The translations under genes and the position numbers were made by a program. 64,000 nucleotides of DNA from Diadema antillarum (lineage: Eukaryota). The stretch lies in the NCBI RefSeq assembly GCF_040938485.1, contig NW_027271522.1, positions 744,001 to 808,000 on the forward strand, read 5' to 3'. Below, one piece after another: positions 1 through 13,300 of the stretch. Below the pieces are notes generated by a model. It saw only the letters and a program-made list of their open reading frames with translations, was not told where the DNA came from and did not search any database. Positions within the stretch are counted from its first letter, which is position 1. The number at the start of each line of letters is the position of its first letter.

Positions 1-33
1 ATTAATGTTGATTATAACATAGTAACGTTTTAA

Positions 34-416
34 AGGGATGGTACAGTATTGGTGGAGATGAAAATTGGGCTTTTAACTTTTTGGGAGATACCAAGAAAAC
101 ACTTATGATATAGTACAGAGCATATAATTTTAAGAGGAATTCAAAGTTTATTTGATAAAAATCGGGTTGGTAATGACTGAAACATCCAAAAACAAAGTAA
201 AACAAAGCGATTGTAATAAAGTGTGGGTCCCACACTTCATTAGAATCGCTCTTTTTTGGATACCTCAGCCATTTGCAAACCAATTTTCATCAAATAAAAG
301 TTGAATTCCTCATAGAATTACATGCTCTTTCATATTTCATAAGAGGTTTCTCATTATTTCACCAAAAAAATGTTAGAAACCTAAAATTAGGTCTCAACCA
401 AAACTGCACGATCCCT
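34..416. mobile_element. TTAA-flanked foldback MITE (Kolobok-like non-autonomous element)
   Basis: TTAA at 30-33 and 417-420. Imperfect TIRs AGGGATGGTACAGTATTGGT vs reverse complement AGGGATCGTGCAGTTTTGGT. The interior is also self-complementary, with a central palindrome AAAGTGTGGGTCCCACACTT. Confidence 0.85.
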
Positions 417-420
417 TTAA

Positions 421-849
421 CAGGGAAGTGGTACTTTTCTTTATTGATTACACCAAAATTTCTAGAATTTATACGCAATGTGCAGTCAACAGAACATGTT
501 TCCAACAAAATAATATCTATACTCTTAAACAGAGAAATTTAACAGAATAAACCTGTTTGATAATTTCATTCTTAAGAAGTTCATCGTGCGTCAATTTATC
601 AACTTATTACTGAACAACGTCAGATGTATTTTCTGTAGTAGATTGAGCGTAATTTATTTGCTCTTAACCACTGAATTATTGTCATGAGTTCTACATTTAT
701 GGGATTGATGCATTTGCAAATATTGTAAAGGGGATAATATTTGAAGAATTCAGAAAAAAAAATGGATATAGATAATAAACAGTAACGGTTCAACAACACT
801 TCTCTTTCGAACCCCACAATAAATTTGTCTGAAAGAAGATTTTTCATTG
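421..849 (-). mobile_element. Decayed CR1/L2-like LINE reverse transcriptase fragment (C-terminal part)
   Basis: Minus strand reads ..IYCGVRKRSVVEPLLFIIYI.., INVELMTIIQWLRANKL, IKQVYSVKFL and SRNFGVINK, with stops and frameshifts. These match the CGVPQGS-LGPLLF-IYIN and WL-ANKL motifs of CR1-type RT. Confidence 0.8.
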
Positions 850-1354
850 TTAAAAGGGCATTGTACCGGTTTTTTATCTTTTTATATGTTGTTCTTTTAA
901 TTCTAAAAGACCCAGCGGTGAAAATAGAATCAAAATTTCATTACGATTTAGCCCGTAATTTCATATTAAAAATTGAATTTTTTTGGCGAGAATTATGCTA
1001 ATGAGCTGACGAGCCCGGATGTCGTGATGTCACAGGTGCCAAACCTCATGTGTGCTCGCTTGAGAAAATACGGGTGCGTTTTGGGTTTTCCTTCAAGCTG
1101 ACATCATACATGTCAAAGCAGACAGATATATCGATCGATGAAATCGGCGGCTTGATATGTCTACTACACCATGGACCTACATGCTCTGCTGGCGGCGCGG
1201 GTGGCCGCGCCGCATCTGCCAAACCGCAGCCATTTGTGTGGTGCGATCGATAATCGCGCTTGTGATGTAGATTTGTAACGCATGCAACGTTACATAGCGA
1301 TATCACCGCACACACGGTACCTAACTCGTCCATGGTCGTCGGCAATCTACAATC

Positions 1355-4300
1355 ATGCCGTTGTGCCAGGCAGTATTTTGCCGAAATAGACGTAAAGGAT
1401 CCTCACCTAAGTCTTTTTTTGCCATACCGGATCCACTGAAAGAGAGGGAAAGGTGCTCAATATGGCTACGAAACATCGGTAATCCAAAATTTAACATCAA
1501 GTCGTATCAGTATTCAAAATATCGCGTAGTGTGTGAGGACCACTTTGAGCCCACCGCATTTGAAGAAAATCGCACAGCCACTTACCTCGGCTACAAACCC
1601 CCCAAGAAAACCCTCAAATCTGATGCAGTCCCTACCATATTCGAGCACAAACAATATGGAGGCTCGGCACCCCGACCCTCGACTTCCAGAAGGGAGATCA
1701 AGAAGGAGCGTAATGAGGTAGGCCTAGGCCTATGTCTAACTGTTATTAAGGACCAGGAAAAATCCTTTCTTGCAATTGTATGAAAGAAACTTATGGCAAA
1801 CCACTAAAGCCAGAGGCCCTAGTCTAGGCTAGGGCTAGCACGTTGGGGCTGGTTGCAAGGGCTATGCCTATCGTTGCACCGTATCATTTTAGTATCAAAT
1901 AGAACTAGTCTATAGCCTGAATTTTTAGTTTCACGTCAGAAGGTAAGACCTAGCAGTTAGCAGAGACTCCAACCCAAAGCACCTTCTGATCTGGAGATTC
2001 TCCCGCCTGAAACCCCCAGCAAACGGGAGACTCCAAGTCGATGTGTGCGAATCGCCAAGTTCCTAGGGTTCTAAATGCTCTCTGGTGCTATCTAGCTAAG
2101 GCTTGTTTTTTCAACATACAATAGCAATAAGTAAGAAATCCTTTCCAACGGGAGACACAGAGCCAGGGCGGGAGAAATTAAATCTCAAGCGGGAGAACGG
2201 GAGAATTTTGCAAAAATGGGTTTTCGGCGGGAGATCTCCCGTCGAAAACGGGAGAGTTGGAGTCTCTGAGTTAGCCTGTTAAATTTCTAACTGTTACTGG
2301 TACAATGATTCTTAACGTTAGATCTAACAAATCAATTGTTACTAGAACTAGACTCTAGGCCTAACTGCTAGCTAACCGTTAGAACTAAGATTTAATAGAA
2401 TCTACATCTAACAGTTACCTAACAGATCTAGGCCTAGTAGGTCTAGACCTTTCTATAGAACTAGTAGTAACGTTGTGGTGTTGCCGAGACGGCGTAAGGA
2501 AAGCACGTCTGTTCTAACAATTACCCCGGTAACGTCAGGCTACAACTTGTGAAGTTGTTTTTGTTAACGGTTACAAAACTCAAAGACTCTAGAAATATAA
2601 CGCTATTTACCGGTAGATCTAAACGTTAACTTGTTAATGTTACGGCCCTAACTCAGTGTTAGATTCTAACTGAGAGTCTGAGTGTTGAATGTTAGATTCT
2701 AACATGGATGTAAATTTAACAAACAGCTAGACGGTCTAGACTACTATTATTACCGTTAGACAGTCTAATCTAACGCTAACACTCATACAGTTAGCTGTGA
2801 GAATTTTACAACAACGATAAGTCGACTAACGTTCGAAAGCGTCTGATCTAAAAACAGTACACGTAATAGTACCGGTTAACGTTAGCCATTTAGTTACGGT
2901 ATTAGTTAGAATCTAGGCCCTATATAACGTAACAGATCTAACGTTATACTGTGCTAGATTCTCATCGTAGGTAGGCCTAGATCTAAGTAACGCTCAGTTT
3001 AATTCAGGTACAAAATAGGGCCTAGGCCCTAATTAACGTTAGTATTGACATAGGCTCTGTCTAGCTCTAACAAACCTAGATGTTTAACGTTAACTCTAAC
3101 CTGCAGCTCTAACCTAACCGTTACTGTACAATACACTGTAACAATAGGCCTACCATGATAGTGTTAAAATAGACCTAATGTTAACTGTTAGACCCAACTT
3201 CTAACGTGTTAATGTTACCGTTTAGGCATAGATAACGGGTTTGGGTTAGGCCCTCACGTTAACTTAATCGTTGCTGTTACACTCTAAGTGTAACGCCACG
3301 GTTAGAGAACACATGAACTATCATCCCTATAATGACATGTTAACAGTTAGGGCGGTCTAGTTAGACTTCCAGAGTCTCTAACGTTAGAACTAACGTTAAC
3401 CTAGATTCTTTGTAGACTCTATCTACATAGACCCTACTTGCCAACATTTTCATTTGAGAAAGCGGTAGAATCCAGGATGCCTATGCGAGCAGCGCTAGCT
3501 TGAATGCTAAAGAAATCATTCAAAAGCGGTAGTCTACCGCCAAATAAGGTAGAGTTGGCAAGTATGTATCTAAATTCACATTGACAATAAGTTTCTACTA
3601 TCTAGAAGAACCTGTAAAATGTTAAGGAGGTTAGCTGTATTGTGTACGTGAGGCATACGCCGCCTGCTACATGTATTTGTACTGTAGGCCCTGGCCTAGC
3701 GGTTAGCATTATTATTTGTTTATTGTTATTTTCTGTGATAGGCCTACACTGTCGAAACGTGACACAATATGTAATGTTAGGCCTATTCTGTTAAAATGTT
3801 CAGTATCTTTTTATGTCACTAGTTAGAAATGAGCGCTTGGGTTTATTATTATTAGAAGTGGAACTAGAATACGTAGGCTAGATCTATCTATTAACGGTCG
3901 GTAGGATTCCTATACTATAGGCCCTTAATATAAATAGGCCTAACTGTGGTCAGTGTTACTACAATACTAGATATAGATAGGTTCTAGACCATCTACATCT
4001 GGTAGTAGATTTCTATTCAGTAGTAGTACTAGTAGTACATTAGTACGTAAGAGACGTCTAGTGTACTGACTAGTTGTAACAACGGTACCTACAGGTAGGC
4101 CTAGTAGTAACATTTACAATAGTAGTAACGTTAGGCCCTAAGTTAGGTAATGTTAGAATCTAATGTTTGCGGCAGAACCTAGGCCTAATTAGGGCCTACC
4201 GCGAACCATGATATTCGTTTAGTTGATAGGGTGTCACGGCAAGTCCGTAACACCCAAAAATAGCAGTGGTTTAAATTCGCCCATCTTGAGTCTCAAATCT

Positions 4301-7300
4301 AGATTTCTAGGTCTGGAGTCTAACCTTAAACTAAGGTTGTAAGCTAGCACTGTAACAGTTAACAGTAGATCTAGAAACTTTATTCTAACACAGTTAGACA
4401 CTTAGATTCCAGAGTAGGCCTAACGTGTTGGTCGTTACATCTAACAATAATATGTTGTTAGGCCCTAGTTAGCTCGTAAGTAAGGTCTCAACTCTAAATT
4501 TAGTTCTAGTAGTATTTACTAGTAGTAGTAGTAGAACTCTACTACTAGTACTACTAGTAGAAAAAGTAGTAGATCTATCCTGGATCTAATCTAACTGAGA
4601 ACTCTAATGTTAGACCTTATCTAAGATTAGATTCTACTCTTGTTCTGGTCTCTAGAAAAATTTAAAACATCTACGGGTAGATGTTGCTGTTAGAAGACTA
4701 TCTAGACATAGAGAGGTGTAACTCTAATGTTAACATTAACTGTAACAACTGTTATAAGTGGCCCTGTTAATAAAACCTAGGGTCTAACACTAATCACAGT
4801 ACACGTTACATGTTAGGTGTGCAATTTACATGTACCTAACTGCGACCAGCCCGAACGAGAAGCGTTAATATTACTGCATACTGTGTACAAGGTGGGTTTC
4901 TGTCTACCCGATAGTTACGTCAGAATATAGAGCCTGTAACTATGGTTGACAGGATCTAACGTCAGATTTCTAGGCTACTAAGCAGCTAGTTCATATTAGA
5001 TTTGAACTTGATGTACCTATAAGTAAATGTGTGGTCAGACCCTCGGACAATCTAACGGTTACAGCTTTTGAGAAAATGGGATTGAGAATCTGAGGTTTCA
5101 CATCTAATGAAGCTATGAAAAGTAGTACTAACGTGCTACTAGTAACATTGTTAATTGCGATGAAGCCCACTGTTAACAGTGAAATGACTGGTGGAGTAGG
5201 CTAGACAAATTTAACATTTAACTGATGTAACAACATTACTAACAATGTTTTTATGGGTCTAAGACTATCTACACACAAACACACACAAAAAAAGCAAAAA
5301 CAATAAAAAAAAAACCAAATCTGATTGAACTGCTAATAACATTTGCCGGAACATTTATCACAATGATTTAACTGAAGTCAATGAGACAATTTGTTTGCAC
5401 CTGATTCTAAATTAGAGTTTTCGCTGAATTTCGATATTTATTAGTTTTTGTTTTTGTGTTTTTTTGTAAACGATATTTTATGTCGATAATATTACTAACC
5501 GACTCTAAATGTAGCCATGACAACTGTAACAGTTATTTAATTCTACTAAATCTTTTTCTACATTATAAAACTTGATAGGACTCCTGACTGCCAGCTGGAT
5601 GACCCTAGTTTGATCTCCATCCAGTGCTCCATCCTATAGGCCATGATGTTTGTACACTACAACATCCCTCTTGACCTACATGTATAAATGCGCAGACAAT
5701 GTAAATGTAATGATAATGGCAGGACCTTGTACTACAACATGGAGGGTACCCTGGATGTAGAAGACAATTATTAGTATTATACAACGTAATCCTTGCACAT
5801 ACTAAACAAACTAGGAGAATAACTGAAACTTGTGCTGAATGCAGGTTGTGTAACGTCTCAGCATGGTGATGATTTCCTCTCACTTCCCGTATTTCAGCTA
5901 GGACTTCAATTTACCTTTTAGCGTCCATACTGAATGTGACACTTGTTCACAGTAAATAGTAGTTTCCCAATAAGGCTTTTGCAGAAGATTGCATACAGAA
6001 CTACACCTTAGCATAACTGCACCCTGAACTCCAACAGTTATTGTTGTTAGTGGTTATACAGCACAAAGTGGTTAGCCCTACCAATATAGGAGATACAGTT
6101 TGTATAGATGATGAAGAAAAAAAGAAATACCTAGAGTACTATGTGTTGTTTATATAGGCTCTACTAAATATTATAACGAACTTTCAGTAAATCTTGAAAT
6201 CCAAGTACAAAGATTCATCCTTTCCTGAGGGAAATTACATAGTCTAGACTATGACCTACAAATTATACTCTACACAATTTTAAAGTTATGTCTATTTCCT
6301 AACGATGTTCTGTGAAGTAAGTATCATTTAAAATGGGGTATTCTTGTTTTGGATGAAAATAATATTCTTGAATTTAGAATTTGTATATGTCTGGTTTGTG
6401 ATATTAAACTGCTAAAAAGACAATTTTCCTTTAGGCCTATGAATTTTCAATTGCAAACTAAGGAGTTCAAATGAAAACTTCATTCGTCATCTTGTGTACA
6501 TTACCTTTCTGCATATAATTTTGCTGGACCCCAAATTTTCTGATTTTCTCAAATCAGCCTCTTTTGATCCTATTTTTTCTATATTCATCAGATTCTGTCT
6601 AAATGCCATACAAAACCTGTTGCTGCGGATGTGCAAGATCGAAGCTCTAAGGTATGTATCTACTAGATCTGTCGTACTGACCTAGATTAGTGAAACCATT
6701 TAGAAGTCACATAACTTTCTATTTTGGGTATAGTTTTGCATGGATGCAAGCTAATGCGTGAAAATGATATTCTTGAATTTGCAATTGATATACAAGTACG
6801 TCTGGTACTTGCTAACATGCCAATACTCATTAGTGCTTATTCTTGACCACAACCTTGCACCTCATTACTGTGTATCAAACATGTTGTAATTGAGAAACAG
6901 AGATTACGTGGTTACTGCGTGCACACATATGGTTCTGCTGAGACCTTGGCAGTTTTTCTCTCTAAAAAATCATGAAAGTGGCAAGTCAGGCATTATTTAG
7001 TGAAAATATGCTAAAATGTCTTTTTATATTCCTATTTTCTTAATATTGTACTACAAATGTGACATCACAAACTATAGAAGCCTTCATTGTCATCTGGCAA
7101 TGACTGAGCAGAAACTTAAAAAGAAAACCAAAATTTTTCACGTAGGACGGTGATTTATTCATGATGCTGAAAACAAAATGAAAAGCTGAAATTAGAAAAA
7201 AATAATAATCCAAATGGAAATTATGGAAAACCATTATACACAAGAAAGCACATAATATATGGTCAAATACTCTGGAGTCTCTGCATGACTATGTCTTTCC

Positions 7301-10300
7301 CCATCATGGGCCGATTCCATCTATGATGAAGAAACAAAAAAAACAAAACAAACAAAACAGAAAAAAGCCACGAAACCACTTGCTAGCTGGCAGGCAGACG
7401 TCTCTTTCAAAATTTGTTGGTGTAAACAAATGAAAAACAATGATAGTACTTTGGTGTAGATCTAGACAGATACATGTACTTGACAATCAACCACGGCAGC
7501 AAGGCCTGACTTGGGGGGGGGGGGGGGAGGGGGGGGGGGGTGATGATTAGACACCAGTTCATCCTGTAGCTGGAGCCAGTACAATCGTGACAATCTCAAA
7601 GCTAAGGTTTCTTGTACACGGTCTAGTCAATGCTCAGCAAAACTGCGTGTTTACTTCTCAAAATTCGACACTAAAATATGGGCCGTATGCAATGATAAAC
7701 ATGAGTTTCTTTGGTGATTTGTTTTATTTCCATTCATTTTTCCAATGTCATACAAAATAGTTAGATCGATCTAAAAGGAATGTGTTTTTTTTCTATAGAT
7801 CTACATATGAAGAGTTTGTTTGCAGTAACAGATACATCCATAGTTGCCAAATGGAGATATTTGTAATTAAATGTGAGAAAAAATAGAATCATATAAGAAA
7901 ATTTTTGCTTCTTGCGACCTAACTTTAAAAATGTACCTTCATATTTCATGACCAATACAGGGCAAAGTCCATGAAGATGTCCCATCAGATGCTAAAATTC
8001 ATTTTGATTTAATTAAAAGAATATTGTTATCATGTTGTAATTAACGAGTTAATTTTCATATTTTCAACATAGAAAATATTGAATTATGCAAATTTATGAA
8101 CGAAACACTGCCTTAATTTGCATAAATCAAAAACAGTTCTTCGTTTGGAACAAATGAAAAATTATCATCTAAAATGAGCTGAATTGATCTTCACGTAGTT
8201 CCTTTATTGACGAGACCCCTGTATGACTACTTATAAAATAGTATAATATCTATTGGTAAGACAAGATCATCAGCTTCATTATGCAAATTACAGGTGCACT
8301 CCCGATATAACGAACACGGTTATAACGAAATTTTGTTATAACGAAGTAAATCTTCTGGTCCCAAAATTATCACCGTTAAAGTCTATGGTAAGAAATTCGC
8401 TTATATAACGAACACGGTTATAGCGAAATTTCCATTATAAAGAAGTCTTTTCCGAGCGCACAGACAAAGAAAAACAAAAGAAATGTGCTCCGTTATAACG
8501 AAATGCGAATTGCTTTCGAAATTTCGTAGCGGAACAAGCATTTATAGCGTCCTCTGCATGGGTGAACGCTTCACGCCACTGTGTGTTCGCTCTTTGTGTC
8601 ACGCACAGTTTATTATTACGTTTATTATTGTGATACAGCTATTCCATCACATTTCACATAGCTTTCCAGTGTATGATGAGTAATCAGCAAACAGAATATG
8701 ATACAAATGCATGGTTTTCTTGTTTTCGTTATATTGTATTTGTTCGGTTATAACGAAATTTCGTTATAACGAAAGAAAATTGCCTGGTCCCGAGCATTTC
8801 GTTATAACGGGAGTGCACTGTATATGAATTACCCGGAGCGAAGCGTCCAATGCATATGGATTGTGTGTATGTTCTTCAAAAGTTTATTTATGAAGATTTC
8901 TAGCATTGACAAATCTTAATGCATGAAAGAAACCAAACTAAGAAAATAATTGCAAATTGGTGATTCTTTTATTTGTCTTGATTGAAGATTAATTTTCAGG
9001 TACCTTGTTCGGGGAAAGTACCCACTGCAAGTCTATCATTTTCTACATGTTGTAGTACAATCTGTGGAACTGAACATGACACTGTAGAGACATTTAAAAT
9101 CATTCCATAAATACTCTTCTGCATTAAAGACAAATTAGCCTGCATTATCATTTATTTCACATCTGGTTTATCCCCTATTCATCAGATTCTGAGTGCATGT
9201 CATGACAACCCAGATGCTGGGGATGTGCAAGATCGAAGCTCCAAGGTAAGTATCACTATAGATCTGTTGTATTATCTTGGAGCCATGTCATTTACAATTT
9301 CTCATAACTTAATTACCTCCGCCAAGGAAGGAGGTTATGTATTCGTTAACCGTTGGTTTGTGTGTTCGTTTGTTACTTAGTTTGTCCGTGTGCAAAATAC
9401 TCAAAAAGTAGTGAACGGATTGGGATGAAACTTGCAGGAAGAGTTGAGAATGACACAAGTAACAAACGATTAACTCTCGGTTAATGATCCGAGAACTTTG
9501 GGGGAATTTATGAAGGATTTTTGATGTTTTGGCAGTTAGGGGTCAATGAAACTTCGGAGTTCGCCAGGCTGCGCATATTGAGGTTTGCCTGCGCGCACTA
9601 AAGTGCATGCTCTAGTTTATGCTGGGGCGAGGTGCGCCATGCAGCTGAAGGCTTATGACGTAACAAAGGCTTCTATATTTGGAAATCTGGCTACTATTAG
9701 CACCGATGTGGTGTGTACCTATGACATCTCTATGAAGAACAAGATCAGTGAAGTGGTGGAAATAAGCTTCATGCTTGGCGGAGATCTGCGCTCTCAGAGT
9801 GCTTTTCTAGATGCTATCTGCATAATTCCTGCTTTTGTGGGAATGAAAGCTAATGTATGAAAATAATATTTATGAATTTCAATGTTGTATGTGTGGGGTT
9901 TGAAATATCAAGCCTATATTGCTAACATGCCAATCCTTGTTAGTTTGTGTCTCATATGTGTTTTGACCACAACCATGTACTTCATTACTGTTTACTGTAT
10001 GGTGGTGTATTTGAGAAAAAGAGAGTGTGATAAATGCATGCCCGCATACATGTGATTCTGCAGAGACATTGACAGTTTAGCCGTGTACAAAGCTTCTGAA
10101 AGAACAATGAAGTTATCCAGTAATTCTTGTTTTAATGCAAGAACATTGAAAATAGTCAATTTTTAAATATTTTCCTTAGTATCGTTTCATGCATGTGACA
10201 TCACAAGCTGTAGTAGTCTTGATATCCGGTATCAGTCTGAGTAGATACTTCCAAAATTTTAACTATTGCTCATGTCCTATTTTCCTCCATCTTTCAGTGA

Positions 10301-13300
10301 TGTGTTTATACTAATATTGCTGCTTGTATGTATTTATATGAATTAAGGCCGCCTTGTCATTTAACGTCTTGGAATGAATGATAATAATTTCCCAAACAAA
10401 CCAATCCAAGAAATATGGTACAGATTAAAATTCACTTGTTCAACAATAATCACATTACATACAATGCTACGTATAATGTGAACCTCATGTTGAAAGTGCT
10501 ACACACAGTTTGAAGAAAAAAATCAATTGAATTATATGATTGAATTCCATTCATGGTTAAACTTGATTTCAACACATGGTGATTCTTTTACAGTAGGCTA
10601 CAGTGCGCTGTACATCGTCTAGGATTGTATGTGATCTACGTGGTACTCTAGTTGACATTCAGTGCAGATCATAAGATCGGTGGATTTGAATTTACAATAT
10701 ATCATTCAGAAAAAATGCTGATCTTGCCTATGGCTGTCTGTCAATCACTTGATCACAAACCTACATAGGATATAATATTAACAGTCATGTATTCTTTCCT
10801 TATTCCTGTGCCCCAGAAATAGGCAAAGGAAACCAATTAGAAACTTTGAATTTTAAGGATTTAACATTTAATTTTGTACTTCATGCTTACAACTTTTTGA
10901 TATATTTTTCAATGTAAGGATATTAAATATGTCAAAATACATCGTTTATCGTTGAAAAAACAAGGATAAATGTGGAATAAAGTTTTTGAAAATTACACCT
11001 TTTTCATGAATTTTATTCTTATGAATCACCTGCCATCTGTCAAAACATGTAAAAAATTAAATGGCACTTGCAGATTTTTCATTTCACAAAATATGTTTTG
11101 GTATGTACCTGTCTGGGTTTGGACTGAGATTAATTCCAAACTTTATTTGTCCTCGCTGGTGTACATTATCATACTTCATACATTCTTGTAGGACCCAAAA
11201 CTTCCAGATTTTTTCTCACATCCACCTCTTCTGCTCTTATTTTTCTCTATTCAGCATATTCTTTCTGCATGCCATGCAAACCCTGATGCTCAGGATGTGC
11301 AAGATCGAAGCTATAAGGTATGTATTTACCAACTAGCTCTGTCGCCGGCTTAGTTAAGTGTAACCATTTTAAATTTCACAAAATTTTCATCTTTAGGTCT
11401 GGTTTTGCATGGATTCAAGCTAATGTTGGATATGATATTATTGAATTTCATTTGGTAATGGTTTATGTCGTGTTTAGAATATCAATTTGGTAATGATGCC
11501 AATGTTATTTAGTGCCTATACATGTTACGTATATTGCACACAACCAGACACTTCATATACATTATGGTATATCGTTAATGTTTTAAGAAACAGATAGAAA
11601 GTTACTGCCTACATACATGTGGTTATGCAGAGACATTGGCATTTGTTTTTTCCTCTACAAAGCGTGTCATGACAGAGTTGGGGTTATGACAGTATTGATT
11701 ATGTACTGCCTTTTATCAAAAAAACATCTAGTAGCATTCCTTTGTCACAGCCAAAAAGTTTGGGACGAACATCTTCGGACATCTTGACTTTTGAGCGAGT
11801 GCTACATGTAGCTGGCTGGTATTGACCCACAAAGGTACGTGAATAATGCTGTTAGTTTTCGACCCATTTTGTAAAACAAGTGATGCACAGGATTATTTCG
11901 TGGCGTTAGTGAAGGTGCGGCTCACTCTCATGTCGCACCATTGTCAATACTCTCGAGCGCGCCGCACCTTCACTAACACACTCTATCCTGTGCATCATTT
12001 GTATAAAAATCATTATAGACCGTCTATAGGCTTATCCGCACTGTGGCGGCAGCGCAGCGCCTGCAATACGCAACAGTGCGAGAGATCGGAAATTGAAAAA
12101 CGTAGTAGCCGTGGCACCGCCAGAGTTGCCCGTCGCATGTATCCAAGCGCTCGTATGGCCGCTGCAAACCTGAACACTAGCATACACGGGACAGGACGCG
12201 GACGGGTACGCTTGATTGTAAAGAAGGGTGATTGTGACATCATTTTGCAAATAGTATACTATTTGCAAAATGTCGTCATAAAAGTGACGTCATTTTGCAA
12301 ATAGTACTTCATGGAGTGTCAAACACACCAACACTCTAAAATAGTTCAAAATACCTCTAATCACGTGAAGCTCTTTTAACCAATCAATGAAAGACAAATT
12401 TTTGATCCAAAATATAATAGAAAATATTTTCTTCATTTACATAACATGCAGAAAAGGTGCTGTACAGCAGGAGCCGTAGCGGATGTAGGTATTCAAACAG
12501 ATGTATCTTCCATCGTGGGCACAGCTGAATCCAGTTCACAAACAACAACTACTGTCTTCGAATATGGGACACAGATGCCAGTTGCGGAACTGTCACCAGG
12601 AGCATTGGTCATTCAGGATCATCAATACAGCAATCCAAGCAAGGAGTGCACACAGTCACAAAGCCTTCAATCGTGCAGCCAACCCAAATCTCTACAGTGT
12701 TCCAATGATGAAGTCCAGACTTCAGTGCTTGTTACCCCGGTAGATACTCCGCTGCTGACACATTTGCCTGCACCACCGCTTAGTAATCAAGATGACTCCG
12801 TTAACCAACTGGTAGGATTTTATAAAGTTGACTATTGATATATATATTTACTGAAATGATATTGTAGTCAAGGAATCGCAAACAGCAATACCAAAAGTAT
12901 TTTCCATAAATATTTTTAGTTTTGGGTAATTTGAAAGTCTCACAAATAATACAAACAGTCATCATCCATGGTCTGTTGTGTGTATAATCCTTGCAGCATT
13001 TCAATTTTTTTTTTCATCTGTCACTCCATAAATTTTTGTCTTGTGTGTGTCTTCATACCAATGCAAGTCAATTTGTAACTTTCAATTTATCATATGAGTA
13101 AAAAAATTAAATCGCTAACTGAAAATCCTAATTTGTTCACATTAGCAGATCCATTGTGGGTTGTGAGGAGAGTTCAAAATGGCAGTTGGTGAACCATCTA
13201 TTTTTTTTTCCCCAAGTGCCTTATTGAAAGCACATGGTCAATTTTGACACCATAACACTTGCATTATCACAAGATTGACAGTACTTTAAAATTACAATGA

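Larger units (their letters stand above)
6400..11700 (+). repeat. Triplicated mini-exon plus flanking-intron modules inside the transposase gene
   Basis: Three 60/60/63-bp segments encode ILSKCHTKPVAADVQDRSSK, ILSACHDNPDAGDVQDRSSK and HILSACHANPDAQDVQDRSYK. Each has a pyrimidine tract-CAG acceptor and an AAG|GT(A)WGT donor, followed by several hundred bp of homologous intron. Confidence 0.85.

Noticed and set aside
6270-6400. Possible fourth mini-exon module (GTGAA|GTAAGT plus intron-like homology)
   Set aside because: The candidate exon is 31 nt, contains an in-frame TGA and lacks the DVQDRS motif; at most a decayed module.
11846-12304. 152-aa ORF and overlapping minus ORFs
   Set aside because: They lie in a GC-rich dispersed repeat within an intron; no domain signature.
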